In this document: one piece after another, positions 53,411 to 63,638 of the stretch
How the letters are laid out: each line of letters starts with the position of its first letter
How positions within the stretch are numbered: the stretch's first letter is position 1
Origin: an uncultured delta proteobacterium
Lineage (GTDB): Bacteria; Desulfobacterota; Binatia; Binatales; Binataceae
Assembly: GCA_963724765.1 (NCBI GenBank)
Contig: CAVRVY010000003.1
Location: forward strand, 64,001-128,000
Direction of reading: 5' to 3'
Length of the DNA: 64,000 bases
Made by a program: the position numbers and the translations under genes
The notes under the pieces: generated by a model
What the model was told of the DNA's origin: nothing
What the model saw: the letters and a program-made list of their open reading frames with translations, nothing else
Database searches by the model: none

Positions 53411-54560
53411 GTATTGTGTCCCACAAATAACTTTACAGGAGTGAGGCCCATCTGCTATGGTCCGGTGGAGGTTGAATGGGATGGGCAGGCCGAATGCAGC
53501 CTTGATGATTACTCAGTCGGAGCGGTCGCAACTGCGCTCGATCGTGCGTTCGCGCAGCCTGCCGCATTCGTTGGTGCGGCGCGCACAGATCGTGCTGCTG
53601 TCGGCCGCTGGCGCCGCCAACAGAGAGGTCGCCAGGCGCTGCGGGGTTAGTGCTCCGGTGGTCAGTCTGTGGCGCCAGCGTTATCAGCAACGCGGCATCG
53701 CCGGGCTGCACGCGGAACTTCGTCCGGGCCGACCGCGCAGCCATAGCGACGAACAGGTAGCGGGCTTGCTGCGCAAGGTACTGCACAGCAAGCCCGCCGT
53801 CGCCACCCACTGGAGCGTGCGCAGCGTGGCGGCGCATACTGGCATCTCCAAGAGCACGGTCGCGCGCTACTTCGCGCTGTTCGGCCTGCAACCACATCGG
53901 AGCAAGAGCTTTAAGCTGTCCACCGACCCGTTCTTCGTCGAAAAGGTCCGCGACATCGTTGGGCTTTATCTTAATCCGCCGGACAACGCGCTGGTATTGT
54001 GCGTGGATGAGAAGAGCCAGGTGCAGGCCTTGGAGCGCACCCAACCAGTGCTGCCAATGGGGCTCGGTTATGTCGAGGGAGTGACTCACGATTACTATCG
54101 TCACGGCACTACCACGCTCTTCGCGGCACTGGACATCGTCGACGGCGGGGTCATCTCCCAGTGCAAGCCGCGCCATCGCCACCAGGAATTCCTGAGCTTT
54201 TTGAAACATCTCGATGCTAATATGCCGGCCGATCTTGAACTGCACCTGATCGCCGACAACTACGCGACTCACAAGCATCCCAAAGTCAGAGCGTGGCTCG
54301 CCAGCCATCCGCGCTTTCACCTTCACTTCACGCCCACCTACTCAAGCTGGCTCAACCAGATCGAGCGCTGGTTCGCGCTTATCACCCAGCAAGCGATTCG
54401 CCGCGGCTCGTTCCGCAACGTCCGGGAACTGGTGGGGAAGATCGACGCCTACGTGGCTCATTACAATGCCCACAAGCGGCCCTTCGTCTGGACTGCCACC
54501 GCCGACTCGATATTCAACAAACTCCAGCGCATCTGTAAACTTATTAATGGGACACAACAC
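53411..54560 (+). mobile_element. IS630-family element, complete, TA duplication
   Basis: TA|GTATTGTGTCCCA...TGGGACACAACAC|TA. Confidence 0.95.
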
Positions 54561-54563
54561 TAG
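53481..54563 (+). CDS. IS630-family transposase
   Basis: CVDEKSQ, YYRHGT, ADNYATHK, SSWLNQIE; stop codon uses the duplicated TA. Confidence 0.96.
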   Translation: MGRPNAALMITQSERSQLRSIVRSRSLPHSLVRRAQIVLLSAAGAANREVARRCGVSAPVVSLWRQRYQQRGIAGLHAELRPGRPRSHSDEQVAGLLRKVLHSKPAVATHWSVRSVAAHTGISKSTVARYFALFGLQPHRSKSFKLSTDPFFVEKVRDIVGLYLNPPDNALVLCVDEKSQVQALERTQPVLPMGLGYVEGVTHDYYRHGTTTLFAALDIVDGGVISQCKPRHRHQEFLSFLKHLDANMPADLELHLIADNYATHKHPKVRAWLASHPRFHLHFTPTYSSWLNQIERWFALITQQAIRRGSFRNVRELVGKIDAYVAHYNAHKRPFVWTATADSIFNKLQRICKLINGTQH

Positions 54564-55429
54564 CTAATTGTTGGCCAATCTTGCCTCAGATTGGATGAGG
54601 CTCTTCGGATCGCACCCGTCGCTTCACAGATCAAGAACGCCAGCGCAAAAGAGGGGTGAAAATTGGCGGCGCCGCGATTCTGTCGACTGGCCTTTTGAAC
54701 GATCTAGACTCATGCAGCAGGGAAGTGCTGGCTTCCTGCGAATATCGCGGCCGTCGAAGTGAAGGTCTGGAGATCCGAGGGATTGCCTCACGGGTTCCGT
54801 AAGTGGGAAACGGATAATAGTGACCCCAAGGGCCTCGCCCAGGAAATGGCACAATTTGTTACCGACGTGAAAACCTGCGCGACCGTCCTTGTGCGGCGCG
54901 GAGCGGTGTGACGGACAGCGCTATGATGCGAAGAAGCCGGAAGAGGGGTTGGTTAAGAGAGAACAACTTCACGATTTTGGCTGAGAACGGCTTCATGATT
55001 TTGACAGTGTGCATACTTCTTGTTTTGGCTTGGATGGTGGGAGGGTTGTGACTTTTCCTAGCGACACTCACCGAGATGCCCGGCTTTTTTGTCCGACTCC
55101 ACCGCAACACCCGTCGCCGAAGTTCGCGAGCCCGTTGACGGCGTGACAGGCCGCGCTACAATCGGCGCATGCGACATATCAGAATCGCGTACAGATGCCA
55201 GCTAAGACCAAACGGCTCGTGGGCACCCGCGTTTCAATTGATTCTCATCGAGGCGGTCAGATACGAATTTTGCCGCCGCTCTCGGCCGCCGATCCCAACC
55301 TGACGGTTCCGACCAAAGAACAGACTGAGGCTTACAGTGACGCGGCAGCGCGGGAGTGGTGTGCCAAGAACTATCGGGGCTGGCTGGCGCTGCCGGTTTA
55401 GCGGCAATTTTTCGCAGCGTGTCCCCAAA

Positions 55430-55587
55430 GCGCGTCGCCCGCCGAATATCGCGAACCCTCTTCTCCGCCTCGTCCGCGTGCGTCTCCATTTTGGATCTCA
55501 TCTCCGCTCCTTTCGCGGTTACGATGAGCCCTAAACTCTCTCTTCCTCAATCACGCCCTTTTGTCCAACTTGTGCTGACGGGGAACA
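55430..55587 (-). mobile_element. IS3-family left end and orfA start
   Basis: Terminus TGTTCCCCGTCAGCACAAGTTGGACA; AEKRVRDIRRATR. Confidence 0.75.
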
Positions 55588-55796
55588 AAAAGAGCACCCA
55601 GCGCGTTCGCCTGAGCTCTGGGATGTCTCCTCCAGTTCTTGGGATTAGGCACAAGGTCTCCCGCTCGCACCCGACGAAGGTCCTTGATCCGGTCCCTAAT
55701 CTGTAGCGGTGTTCCCTCGCCAGCCTGGTCTGCAGTTACGCGGACGGTCGATTGCTGCTCGCTGTGAGAATCGGACAGTGTTTCTGTCGTCGCCAT
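55588..55796 (-). pseudogene. ParB-like N-terminal fragment interrupted by the IS3 end
   Basis: IRDRIKDLRRVRAGDLVPNPKNWRRHP.AQ..AL. Confidence 0.7.
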
Positions 55797-55951
55797 GTTT
55801 CATTCCCCTCACTTGGACACGCCCGATCGCAGCTCCGCTATCTGTTCACGATCGCGTTGAGCGTGGCGGTGTTCGATGCGCGACGCTCTTTGCGCCGTGA
55901 TCAATAGCTTGAAGCGCGAATCGTGAGAGGGGAACTAATCGAGCGTCAACT

Positions 55952-56668
55952 TCAGCGAGTCCTTGCGGAAGTTGACGACCGTAAGGTGAGTTCGATGTAT
56001 CTCGCTAGCTCGACGACTGCTTTGCGGATGGTCTGCCGGCCGCCATTGAATTTGTACGAGGAATGTCGCGCGATCGATGCGAAGGGTTCGCTCTTGATCT
56101 GGTAACGTATCAGCCGGTCGAAGTGGCCGACGTCCCGTCGGCGCGGAGATCGTTTCAAGCCCGCGGCTAGCGCGGCAGCCTCGATGCGATTGCAGTAGAC
56201 GTCAAGCGCTTGGTTCACCTGTTGAAGAACGTCTTTCTTGAAGTCACGCCGCCGCCGCCACGTTGGATCGTGGTAGAACGGTCCGAGCTTTAGCGGCTCA
56301 AGCTTGAATGGGAAGAATCCCGCAAAAATGCCCGTGCGCTCAAATTCCCAGCCCCTAACCTCAGGATGAGCAACCCACCAGCGCAGGGTGTCGTGCGCGA
56401 GCAGCGTGCACCATCGATCGGTCAGGTGCCAGCGCTCTGCCCACGCTGCCAATGCACGTTCGTCATCGACGGACACATTGCGGAGCGTTGCGACCAATTC
56501 TGGTTGCAGCTCTGCGGCGCGTGCAAGGAAAAGCCTCCGATGCGCATCGGGCGCGCCAGGTACCAAGCCAGTACGGCCGTCAGAGGCGAATCCCGGTACA
56601 TAGAAATCGCCTAACGGCCACGCTAGCCCTGGTGACGTGATCGTGCCTTCTCTTGCCGCTGGTTTCAT
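55952..56668 (-). CDS. Hypothetical protein with a possible C-terminal HTH
   Basis: GGAGG RBS; ..YQIKSEPFASIA...RQTIRKAVVELA. Confidence 0.65.
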   Translation of the reverse strand: MKPAAREGTITSPGLAWPLGDFYVPGFASDGRTGLVPGAPDAHRRLFLARAAELQPELVATLRNVSVDDERALAAWAERWHLTDRWCTLLAHDTLRWWVAHPEVRGWEFERTGIFAGFFPFKLEPLKLGPFYHDPTWRRRRDFKKDVLQQVNQALDVYCNRIEAAALAAGLKRSPRRRDVGHFDRLIRYQIKSEPFASIARHSSYKFNGGRQTIRKAVVELARYIELTLRSSTSARTR

Positions 56669-57422
56669 CCTCCGCCTCCCCTCCCGGGTTTCTTGGGGTC
56701 AGGAAACGCCAAGCCGAATGACTGTCGCCAGCTGTCCCCGGTTGAGAGGAAGCAGGCGACCAGAGACAACAAGTATAGCAACTCGTTGGTTCAGTTCAGG
56801 TGGCCGACCGTCGCGCCCAACTGTTTGGCGAAGCACGGTGCGTAGAAATAGGGGCGTGGCGCAGAGATGGACGCGAGATCCGCCTTGATCGTGCGACTCT
56901 GTCGGATCGCGTATGGTCCGAGCCCATCGAGAGAGTGGCAAAGGAGTGGGCGCTCTCTGGTCGCGGCTTAGCGAAGGCATGCGGTCCGTTTATCCCCACG
57001 CTACGGTCATGGCAATCGAAGGACTTTAGACGAACAGGTATGCAGGCCCCGGCATAGGACGGTCCTGAGCTGCCGTGGGCAAGGAGGTTTCTCATCATGA
57101 ACAGGGACACCGGTCTACCTTTCGCGTTGGGCACGGTTGGCGGTTCAGCCTCGAAGCAAATTGAAAGAATGGGAGCGCGATCGGGAGACACTGATAGCCG
57201 GTCATCGAAGGCCCCCCCCGACAGGACAGAGTTACAGAACAGGATTCCTTCATGAGCACACGGGCGGCGACGCTACGAGCCAACCGCGCGTAGTGGCCAA
57301 AGCCTGTAACCAAAAGCGTGACTGTTCGTCTTTAGCGTTCAGACGTGCAGTGCGCCGCACTCTCAAGGAGCTTTCGCGGTATGTGGGGCAATGATTCAGG
57401 ACCGGTCTGGGTCAAAGGCAAA

Positions 57423-57800
57423 ATGCGATTGCTTGAGTCGATTTTGGGCGTAATGGTCGTTCTGGCAGCGCTCGCATTTCAGTTGAACTTCGCACGAGCC
57501 GAGGAGCCGGATGCGACATCCTCGCCCGGCGCATTCGTGCTCAGCGGCAAGGACGATTACGTATTTCATTGCGCCTCGTGCCATGGGCTCGATGGCAGAG
57601 GCACTGGACCCGAAGCCGAGACATTGAAGGTCAAGCCGGCGAATCTGGTTCTATTATCGAAACGAAACGGCGGCAGCTTTCCGCAAAAGCGTGTATTCGC
57701 AGTGATCGACGGCCGCGAAGTGGTCCAAGCACACGGGACGCGTGATATGCCCGTGTGGGGCGAGAGCTTTGCGCCGGAGACGACTAACGCTTTCGACCCT
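57423..57800 (+). pseudogene. Class I cytochrome c, 3'-truncated by the rve element
   Basis: Signal peptide, CASCHG, HGTRDMPVWG. Confidence 0.85.
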
Positions 57801-58118
57801 TGTGCCTCCTGAAAACCTTATCCGGGATGACGCGCGGATGGGCGTATGATAGTGAAGCGGCCTATGGTCGCGTTTCTGACTCAGCCGCTGCTTGCTATGC
57901 GGTCGCGGTTCGCGCGGCGAACGCGGCTTGGGGCCGAGAATCTCCTCCTGCGCCAGCAGCTGGTAGTTCTACGGCGCAAGTCCCCGACGCGCGTGAGACT
58001 GTGGAACATCGATCGCTTGCTGTTGGTATGGCTGTATCGACTTTACCCCTCGCTCCTGGACGCGATCATCATCGTCTAGCCGGAGACCGTGATCCGCTGG
58101 CACCGACGTGGTTTCCGG
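57801..58118 (+). mobile_element. rve-type element 5' remnant
   Basis: TGTGCCTCCTGAAAACC terminus; ENLLLRQQL.VLRRK...V*PETVIRWHRRGFR. Confidence 0.85.
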
Positions 58119-58543
58119 GCCGACCACGACTCCGTCATGCACCAGCACCGGCACCATCCCCGTTGGATTGATGGCCACGAACTCCGGCGTCAGATGCTGT
58201 TAGGTCCACCGTATGGCTGATCCATCAGCCCCTTCTCTTCTAGACAAAGGCGCTCCTTTTGCGAACAGTTCGACATCGAAAAGTGATAGAGATGAAGGCC
58301 CTTGAGATTGCGAGCCTCGGCGCTGTGCGAACTGATGATCGGCATTTCACTCGCTCTCCACGTGTTTTCAGCTGTCTTCCGCCTAAGCAGTCACGGCAAG
58401 CGTTGCGATTTCCGGGATTGCACCTATAACTACCGCTGCGAATCCGAGCCATTCCCCCGCGACAGGCTAGTAAAACACCTTCCGGTATTCACGTGCAGGG
58501 TGCCTGAAGCGTTCCATCGTACATGGAATGCTGCGTCATGCGA

Positions 58544-60097
58544 TCACCATCCTCCTGGCCCCCATCGTCGGCTCTTGATCAGTCTGCCAAGGCCGCCGTA
58601 TTCCCCACGCGGGCCATCGACATCCTGTTCGTCCCGGGACGACGGCCGACGTCGGTCCGACCGTACCGGTGTGTACGAGAACTCGCGGCGATTTGCCGCA
58701 AGGAAGGTGAACGCGCCACACGCCGCGTCGACCTGATCGTCGTGCGCATATTCTCGTTCGTCGGGACTGAACTGCTCGCACTCATCGAGGAACGCCTCGT
58801 TCCACGCGCCGCGCAGGATTTTGACGTTGCTCGCCTCCGCGGCCGCACGAAACGCCTGCGAGCGCTCGAACTTCGAGCCCCTGACCGGGTCGGCTTTAAT
58901 CGGATAGCCGAGCAGTACACCCCGGCGCATTGAGTCAATCCAAAGGGCGCTCCCGCTTCCAGGCTCCTGCTGCAGGACTATCGGAATGGTACGGGTGTCC
59001 TGACCAGCGATGTTGGCGATAAAGGTCTCGACCTCGTGCGGCGTCGCCTGAGCCCGCGCCACGTGCAGAATGTAGCCCATCCCATTACGGGCAATGCCGT
59101 ATTTGACGCCGACGGTAAAATCGCTGGTTTTCTTCTTCTGATAGGCTGTGTCCCAGTACCGAACTAGTGTCAGCTCCGCCGGGGCGTGATCGATGACCTC
59201 GAACCACTCACGCCGGAGCACGCCACGCGAAGAACGCGCCTCCCAGTCGCCTTTGAGGATGCGGGCGCGGGTTACGGGGTCCAGGTTAAGGAGAGACTTC
59301 TCGTAGTCTTCGCGATTGATATAGGGATTCTCGCTGAGCCGGGCGGGCACGAATATACGGTCGCCGGCAGGAGCTCTTAGGCGTTCAACGAATCTCCTTT
59401 TGACCCAATCATGACCCACGTTCCCGGGATTCGAAGCCGCACGCATGCGCAGTGGAATATGTGCGGCTTCTACGTGCTCAGTTTTCTTGCGCACGACGCG
59501 AAAGCGCTGACGTTCGAGCTCTATGCACTCGGAGTAATCTTTCTTACGCTGCTGGTGAACCCTATCGCGGTGACCTCGGGATAGCATTTCAATCTTACAA
59601 GCCGGACATGCAGGAGCGCGCAAACGCGCGAATAGATCGAGATAAACCTTCTCCGAGAATTGGGTTAGTTCGTCGACGCCGATAAAATGAAATTCAGCTG
59701 AAGCGTAGCGATCGATGTCACGTGATCCCGCCAAATAGCCGAAGGTGAGCGTCGCGCCGCTTGCGAACTGCCACTGGTTCTTGGACTCATTCCAGTGCAC
59801 GTCCTTACGTCCGCGGAGCCAGCCATGCGCTCGATCGAGCAGTGCATTAGGCAGGGTCAGATCGGCAACGTGCCGTCGAATGATAAGCGCGTGGTAGCCG
59901 GGTATGTCGGCGTATTGGAGCGCAGACATCAACAAAGCATCAGATTTGCCACCACCTCCGGCACCACCATAGAAGGCTTCGAGGCAGTCCAACAGCAGGA
60001 ACGCGGCCTGATGCGACGTTGGCACATGCGGTATAAATGTATTTAAGCGCGCCTCAAACGGATCGAGTTCGAGCGCAGGATTGCAACTATCCTTCAT
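58544..60097 (-). CDS. Phage terminase large subunit (Terminase_6-like)
   Basis: YGGAGGGGKS Walker A, IGVDELTQF Walker B, ASNPG, YWDTA, HDDQVDA nuclease motif. Confidence 0.93.
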   Translation of the reverse strand: MKDSCNPALELDPFEARLNTFIPHVPTSHQAAFLLLDCLEAFYGGAGGGGKSDALLMSALQYADIPGYHALIIRRHVADLTLPNALLDRAHGWLRGRKDVHWNESKNQWQFASGATLTFGYLAGSRDIDRYASAEFHFIGVDELTQFSEKVYLDLFARLRAPACPACKIEMLSRGHRDRVHQQRKKDYSECIELERQRFRVVRKKTEHVEAAHIPLRMRAASNPGNVGHDWVKRRFVERLRAPAGDRIFVPARLSENPYINREDYEKSLLNLDPVTRARILKGDWEARSSRGVLRREWFEVIDHAPAELTLVRYWDTAYQKKKTSDFTVGVKYGIARNGMGYILHVARAQATPHEVETFIANIAGQDTRTIPIVLQQEPGSGSALWIDSMRRGVLLGYPIKADPVRGSKFERSQAFRAAAEASNVKILRGAWNEAFLDECEQFSPDEREYAHDDQVDAACGAFTFLAANRREFSYTPVRSDRRRPSSRDEQDVDGPRGEYGGLGRLIKSRRWGPGGW

Positions 60098-60162
60098 TAC
60101 GGTTTTTCGCTCTCTTCAGCCATCTGGCTTTTCGTTCGCTCCATTTATGTAAAGGTGGATCA

Positions 60163-60639
60163 TCAATCTTTCTTATTCGGTGGCGTATCGGAGTCTGATT
60201 CGTCGCTGCCTGCGGCGTCAGGAGTGAGGTAGCCAGCCCGCTGCAGAATTGTCGCGATCTCGAATTTGCGCTGATGCTTTTCCTCCGCCGACGGCGGCGG
60301 CGGAAGTGGTGAACGTTCGGCTACGGCTGAGCGCGAAGCTTGGTGTTCTTCGATTCTCGGAATCTGATGCGCCAGCAACAACTGCATGGCGCGATGGTCA
60401 CCCTGCGCCGCCTTGTTAACCAGCTGTTTAAGGGTTGCTTCCAGCTTGGTTAATGATCTCCGGACGCCGTTCTCCGAGACGATGACACGCTCCCGAAGGG
60501 CCTCGTCCAAGAGCGTCGATGCGTTTCGCGAGCCGCGTGGGCGACCTTTGATGTTTCCAGAGTGGCCCTTCTTGAATTGCGTATGTCGCGGCGGCTTGCC
60601 GTAGCCTATGTCGTAATCTCTGCCTTCTCTTGCTCGCAT
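60163..60639 (-). CDS. DUF5681 protein (putative small-terminase-like)
   Basis: IGYGKPPRHTQFKKGHSGNIKGRPRGSRN, NKAAQGD. Confidence 0.88.
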   Translation of the reverse strand: MRAREGRDYDIGYGKPPRHTQFKKGHSGNIKGRPRGSRNASTLLDEALRERVIVSENGVRRSLTKLEATLKQLVNKAAQGDHRAMQLLLAHQIPRIEEHQASRSAVAERSPLPPPPSAEEKHQRKFEIATILQRAGYLTPDAAGSDESDSDTPPNKKD

Positions 60640-62018
60640 CCCTTTTCCTCCATCTCGGCTTGGACTTCGTTGAATGATCGCTCGGACGAGACATGACGGG
60701 CGTTATCGCGAGTAAACGCCTGCCATCGACGGATGATGGTGTCGACGTAAAGAGGATCTATTTCGAGTCCGTAACAGCGGCGCCCGGTGCGCTCTGCTGC
60801 GATGATTGTCGTGCCGCTGCCGAGAAATCCATCGAGCACGACATCCCGTCGTGAAGTGCAGTCTATGATCGCGTCTGCAACCAAGGCGACGGGTTTCACT
60901 GTTGGATGGAGCGCGAGCAGCCGGCCCTCATCCCCTGAACGCGAGAATGAATTCACCCCGGGATAATTCCAGACATTGCTCCGGTTGCGGCCATACTGCC
61001 CTAGCTGAACATTGTTCCGATGAGATCCGCGGCCGTGTTTGAATACGAATACCAACTCATGTCGGCTGCGATACAGCGATCCCATGCCTGCGTTATCTTT
61101 TGACCAGACGCAGAGGTTCTTTAGCTCCGTATAGACTTCGCGGCCAGCCGCCAACAGCTCAGCCATGTGCCTCCAGTCCATACATATGAAATGGAGCGCG
61201 CCCTCGACGCTATGCCGGGCGTGCAGTGAACAGGTTGTGGTGAGAAATGTCCTGAACTCGGCTTCGCTCATCTCACCAGAAGCCATCGCGAAATCGCGAT
61301 GTCGGACGGAGCCGAGACCGCTAACATTCCCATCGATTCGGACATTGTATGGTGGGTCGGTAAACACCATCTCTGCCTGCTCGGTCTGCATCAGCGCCGC
61401 ATAAGCGATTGGGTAGCGTGCATCCCCGCAATACACCCGATGCTCGCCCAACTGCCAAAGATCACCGGTACGCGTCACGGCCGGACCCAACGGGAGCGCC
61501 GACAGGTCATCGGCGTCATCCTTGTTCTCGTGCGTGGAGGAAGTTAGACCCTCGATTCGCATATCGATTTCGCCCATGTCGAAACCGATTGTCTCGAGGT
61601 CGAAATCGAGGTTCTGTACCGACAATTCCTTTAGTTGCTCAGCTAGCAATCGGTCATCCCAAACCGAGTTTTCCGTGAGTCGATTGTCGGCAATCATGAA
61701 TGCCCGCGCTTGAGCCTCGCTCAGATGGTTGAGGCAAATGGTGGGCACTTCGGTCCGGCCAAGCAGCTGGCAAGCCACGATACGGCCGTGGCCTGCGATA
61801 ACCTTTCCTTTTGCATCCACCAGCACCGGCACGTTGAAGCCGAAGGTCTCGATGCTGCGCGCGATCTGGCGGATCTGCCTGGGGCTATGCGCGCGCGGGT
61901 TCTGGGGATCGAGCTTGAGCTCGGAAATCGGACGATAGGCTACCTGAACCCGCAGGCCGGGCTTATCGAGCCCTCTCGTGAAATGTCGAGCAGCTGATTT
62001 TGTCATAAGCAGTTTCAT
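60606..62018 (-). CDS. ParB N-terminal domain fused to an N6/N4 DNA methyltransferase
   Basis: NPRAHS..QI..IARSI..FGF..P..IAGHGR (ParB); FTDPPYN; HPTVKP; LDGFLGSGTT. Start uncertain (62006/62018). Confidence 0.93.
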   Translation of the reverse strand: MKLLMTKSAARHFTRGLDKPGLRVQVAYRPISELKLDPQNPRAHSPRQIRQIARSIETFGFNVPVLVDAKGKVIAGHGRIVACQLLGRTEVPTICLNHLSEAQARAFMIADNRLTENSVWDDRLLAEQLKELSVQNLDFDLETIGFDMGEIDMRIEGLTSSTHENKDDADDLSALPLGPAVTRTGDLWQLGEHRVYCGDARYPIAYAALMQTEQAEMVFTDPPYNVRIDGNVSGLGSVRHRDFAMASGEMSEAEFRTFLTTTCSLHARHSVEGALHFICMDWRHMAELLAAGREVYTELKNLCVWSKDNAGMGSLYRSRHELVFVFKHGRGSHRNNVQLGQYGRNRSNVWNYPGVNSFSRSGDEGRLLALHPTVKPVALVADAIIDCTSRRDVVLDGFLGSGTTIIAAERTGRRCYGLEIDPLYVDTIIRRWQAFTRDNARHVSSERSFNEVQAEMEEKGCEQEKAEITT

Positions 62019-62096
62019 AGCTCCCAAAATCTCGGTCGAGAGAAGTAATTGCTCGAGTCGTACGTGCTCCGGTACGTGTTCCAATACATTATCGAT

Positions 62097-62126
62097 TTGA
62101 CGCTAGGTTCTATAATTCTCTACAAT
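62097..62126 (+). promoter_or_regulatory. Putative sigma70 promoter
   Basis: TTGACG-N18-TACAAT, 9 nt upstream of ATG 62136; tandem GTACGTG(C/T)TCC at about 62060-62082. Confidence 0.5.
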
Positions 62127-62135
62127 GATTTGATT

Positions 62136-63014
62136 ATGACAACACTCGAACGATGGGACTGGGTCAATCTCGGCGATAACGAAGGACGTGTGGACCGCCC
62201 GTCAGCGGGGCTTGCTTGGTCCACCCCTTCAGCCGCCGAGCTTGACGGCGAGTGGTTGCTTTTTCTCTATCGGATGCGCGTTCTTCGGCGTGGCTTACGT
62301 GCGTTTCAGGTTCGCACGGTGAAGGCGAGCGCTGGGCTGCTCACCGAATTCATCCAGCTTGAAGAGGCGCCTGCGGAGCGTATTCTCGCTTATGCTCACC
62401 GGCACGGTCCGTTTGGCTTCTGCCAGCATGGCGACCCCAGCCACCGTGTTCTTTCCGAGGGCTGCCCTGCGGCGGTCGCCACGACTGGCGCCGGCCAAGT
62501 CGCCGTCCGTGAAGCTCTCCAGTGGTGGCGCAACCTCGCGGGTCACGCCCGCGCGCTGCTCAACGCAGCGGCTCAACTGTTCAAGGGCCGAGTCGATGAC
62601 ATAACTCTCGTGCGGCTCAATCCTGGACTGCTTCTTAGGCCGATGCGGGTGCTCAGGGCTGCGCGGCGCGACCCGGCGCCCTTCGTCGCCTATGGTATGG
62701 AACTCTGGCTGCGCTTCTTTCAGGTGCGGCCGCGCGCCACCTACAATCCGCGGCGTAAGCGGTTCGAGATGAGAATTAGCGGTTCGTCGGCGCTGGCGGG
62801 CGCGCTGGCACTGCAAATCATGCTCGCGCTGACGCGCTCAGCCGGCATTGCGGTATGCTCGGGCTGCGGTAGGGTATTCCCGCCTTCCCGGCGACCCAAC
62901 CCCAATAGGAACACCTACTGCGACGCCTGTGGAATCAGAGCCGCCTGGCGCGAAGCGCAGGCTCGCCGACGTGAGAGAGAAAGCAATAAGTCGCAAGGCC
63001 GAAGGAATGCATAG
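62136..63014 (+). CDS. Hypothetical protein with a C-terminal CGNR-like Zn finger and basic tail
   Basis: CSGCGRVF...YCDAC..AAWREAQARRRER; divergent from the methylase. Confidence 0.75.
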   Translation: MTTLERWDWVNLGDNEGRVDRPSAGLAWSTPSAAELDGEWLLFLYRMRVLRRGLRAFQVRTVKASAGLLTEFIQLEEAPAERILAYAHRHGPFGFCQHGDPSHRVLSEGCPAAVATTGAGQVAVREALQWWRNLAGHARALLNAAAQLFKGRVDDITLVRLNPGLLLRPMRVLRAARRDPAPFVAYGMELWLRFFQVRPRATYNPRRKRFEMRISGSSALAGALALQIMLALTRSAGIAVCSGCGRVFPPSRRPNPNRNTYCDACGIRAAWREAQARRRERESNKSQGRRNA

Positions 63015-63178
63015 ACATGCGGCGCCGATCTCGCACGCCTAGATCGTCGATTGGCAGAACGGACAGCTGACAAACCGCGAATCGTCGTGGCGAGGTATCG
63101 ATAATCATTTTCGAGACAACACTTCCGCGTCCCGCTCGCTAGCTCATCTTGGTTGCGGCAGGGCTCCCAAAGGCTCGC

Positions 63179-63361
63179 TCCCTGATCCGAAGAGGATCAG
63201 GGAATCTGAATTCCCTGATCCACGATCGAAATTCCCTGTTCCGATCTCTAGGGAATTCTCCAGAAAAGCTTAATGCCCACGCGAGGTTTTCACGCCGCTG
63301 GACGCCGAAATAGCCCTGAAAAGACGAAATTCCCTGTATTTACCTTGTTGATCAGGGAATT
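63179..63361. repeat. Cluster of about 8 direct/inverted AATTCCCTG motifs
   Basis: (AAT)TCCCTG at 63179, 63209, 63230, 63328; (C)AGGGAAT at 63198, 63250, 63353; variant at 63309. Confidence 0.85.
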
Positions 63362-63368
63362 GCTCGAT

Positions 63369-63403
63369 GGAGACTGGTTCGCATCAGACTGCATCATCCG
63401 CCA
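63369..63403 (+). repeat. tRNA-3'-like att junction
   Basis: GGAGACTGGTTCGCATCAGACTGCATCATCCGCCA, then CACAGTC...GGAGAAG; about 235 bp from the recombinase stop. Confidence 0.7.
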
Positions 63404-63638
63404 CACAGTCTGGCATGCTTCCCTACATTATGGAGAAGCGATGAAATCGGCGCGTGGGGCGCGATTCACGCGCGGCCGTGGACGCGGAGAATGCCAACGG
63501 CAGGGGCTGAGCGTGAAAATCGCTTAGAATTCTCTGTTCGCGATTTTGGCATGTCCATCTGCGAACCGGCCGACATTTTGCGGAGAAGCGTTCTCGGGAA
63601 GAACGCTGCCTGACGCAAGCAACTACGCCCGCGTGAGT

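Noticed and set aside
53433-54326. 297-aa minus-strand ORF
   Set aside because: Antisense shadow of the IS630 transposase.
54860-55110. Possible further IS end
   Set aside because: Looks IS-like, but no partner repeat or transposase could be identified.
59458-59617. Intein in the terminase
   Set aside because: Too short and lacks the N-terminal C/S and HN-C/S/T splice motifs.
63179-63361. CRISPR array
   Set aside because: Repeats are 9 bp, irregularly spaced and in both orientations; no cas genes.
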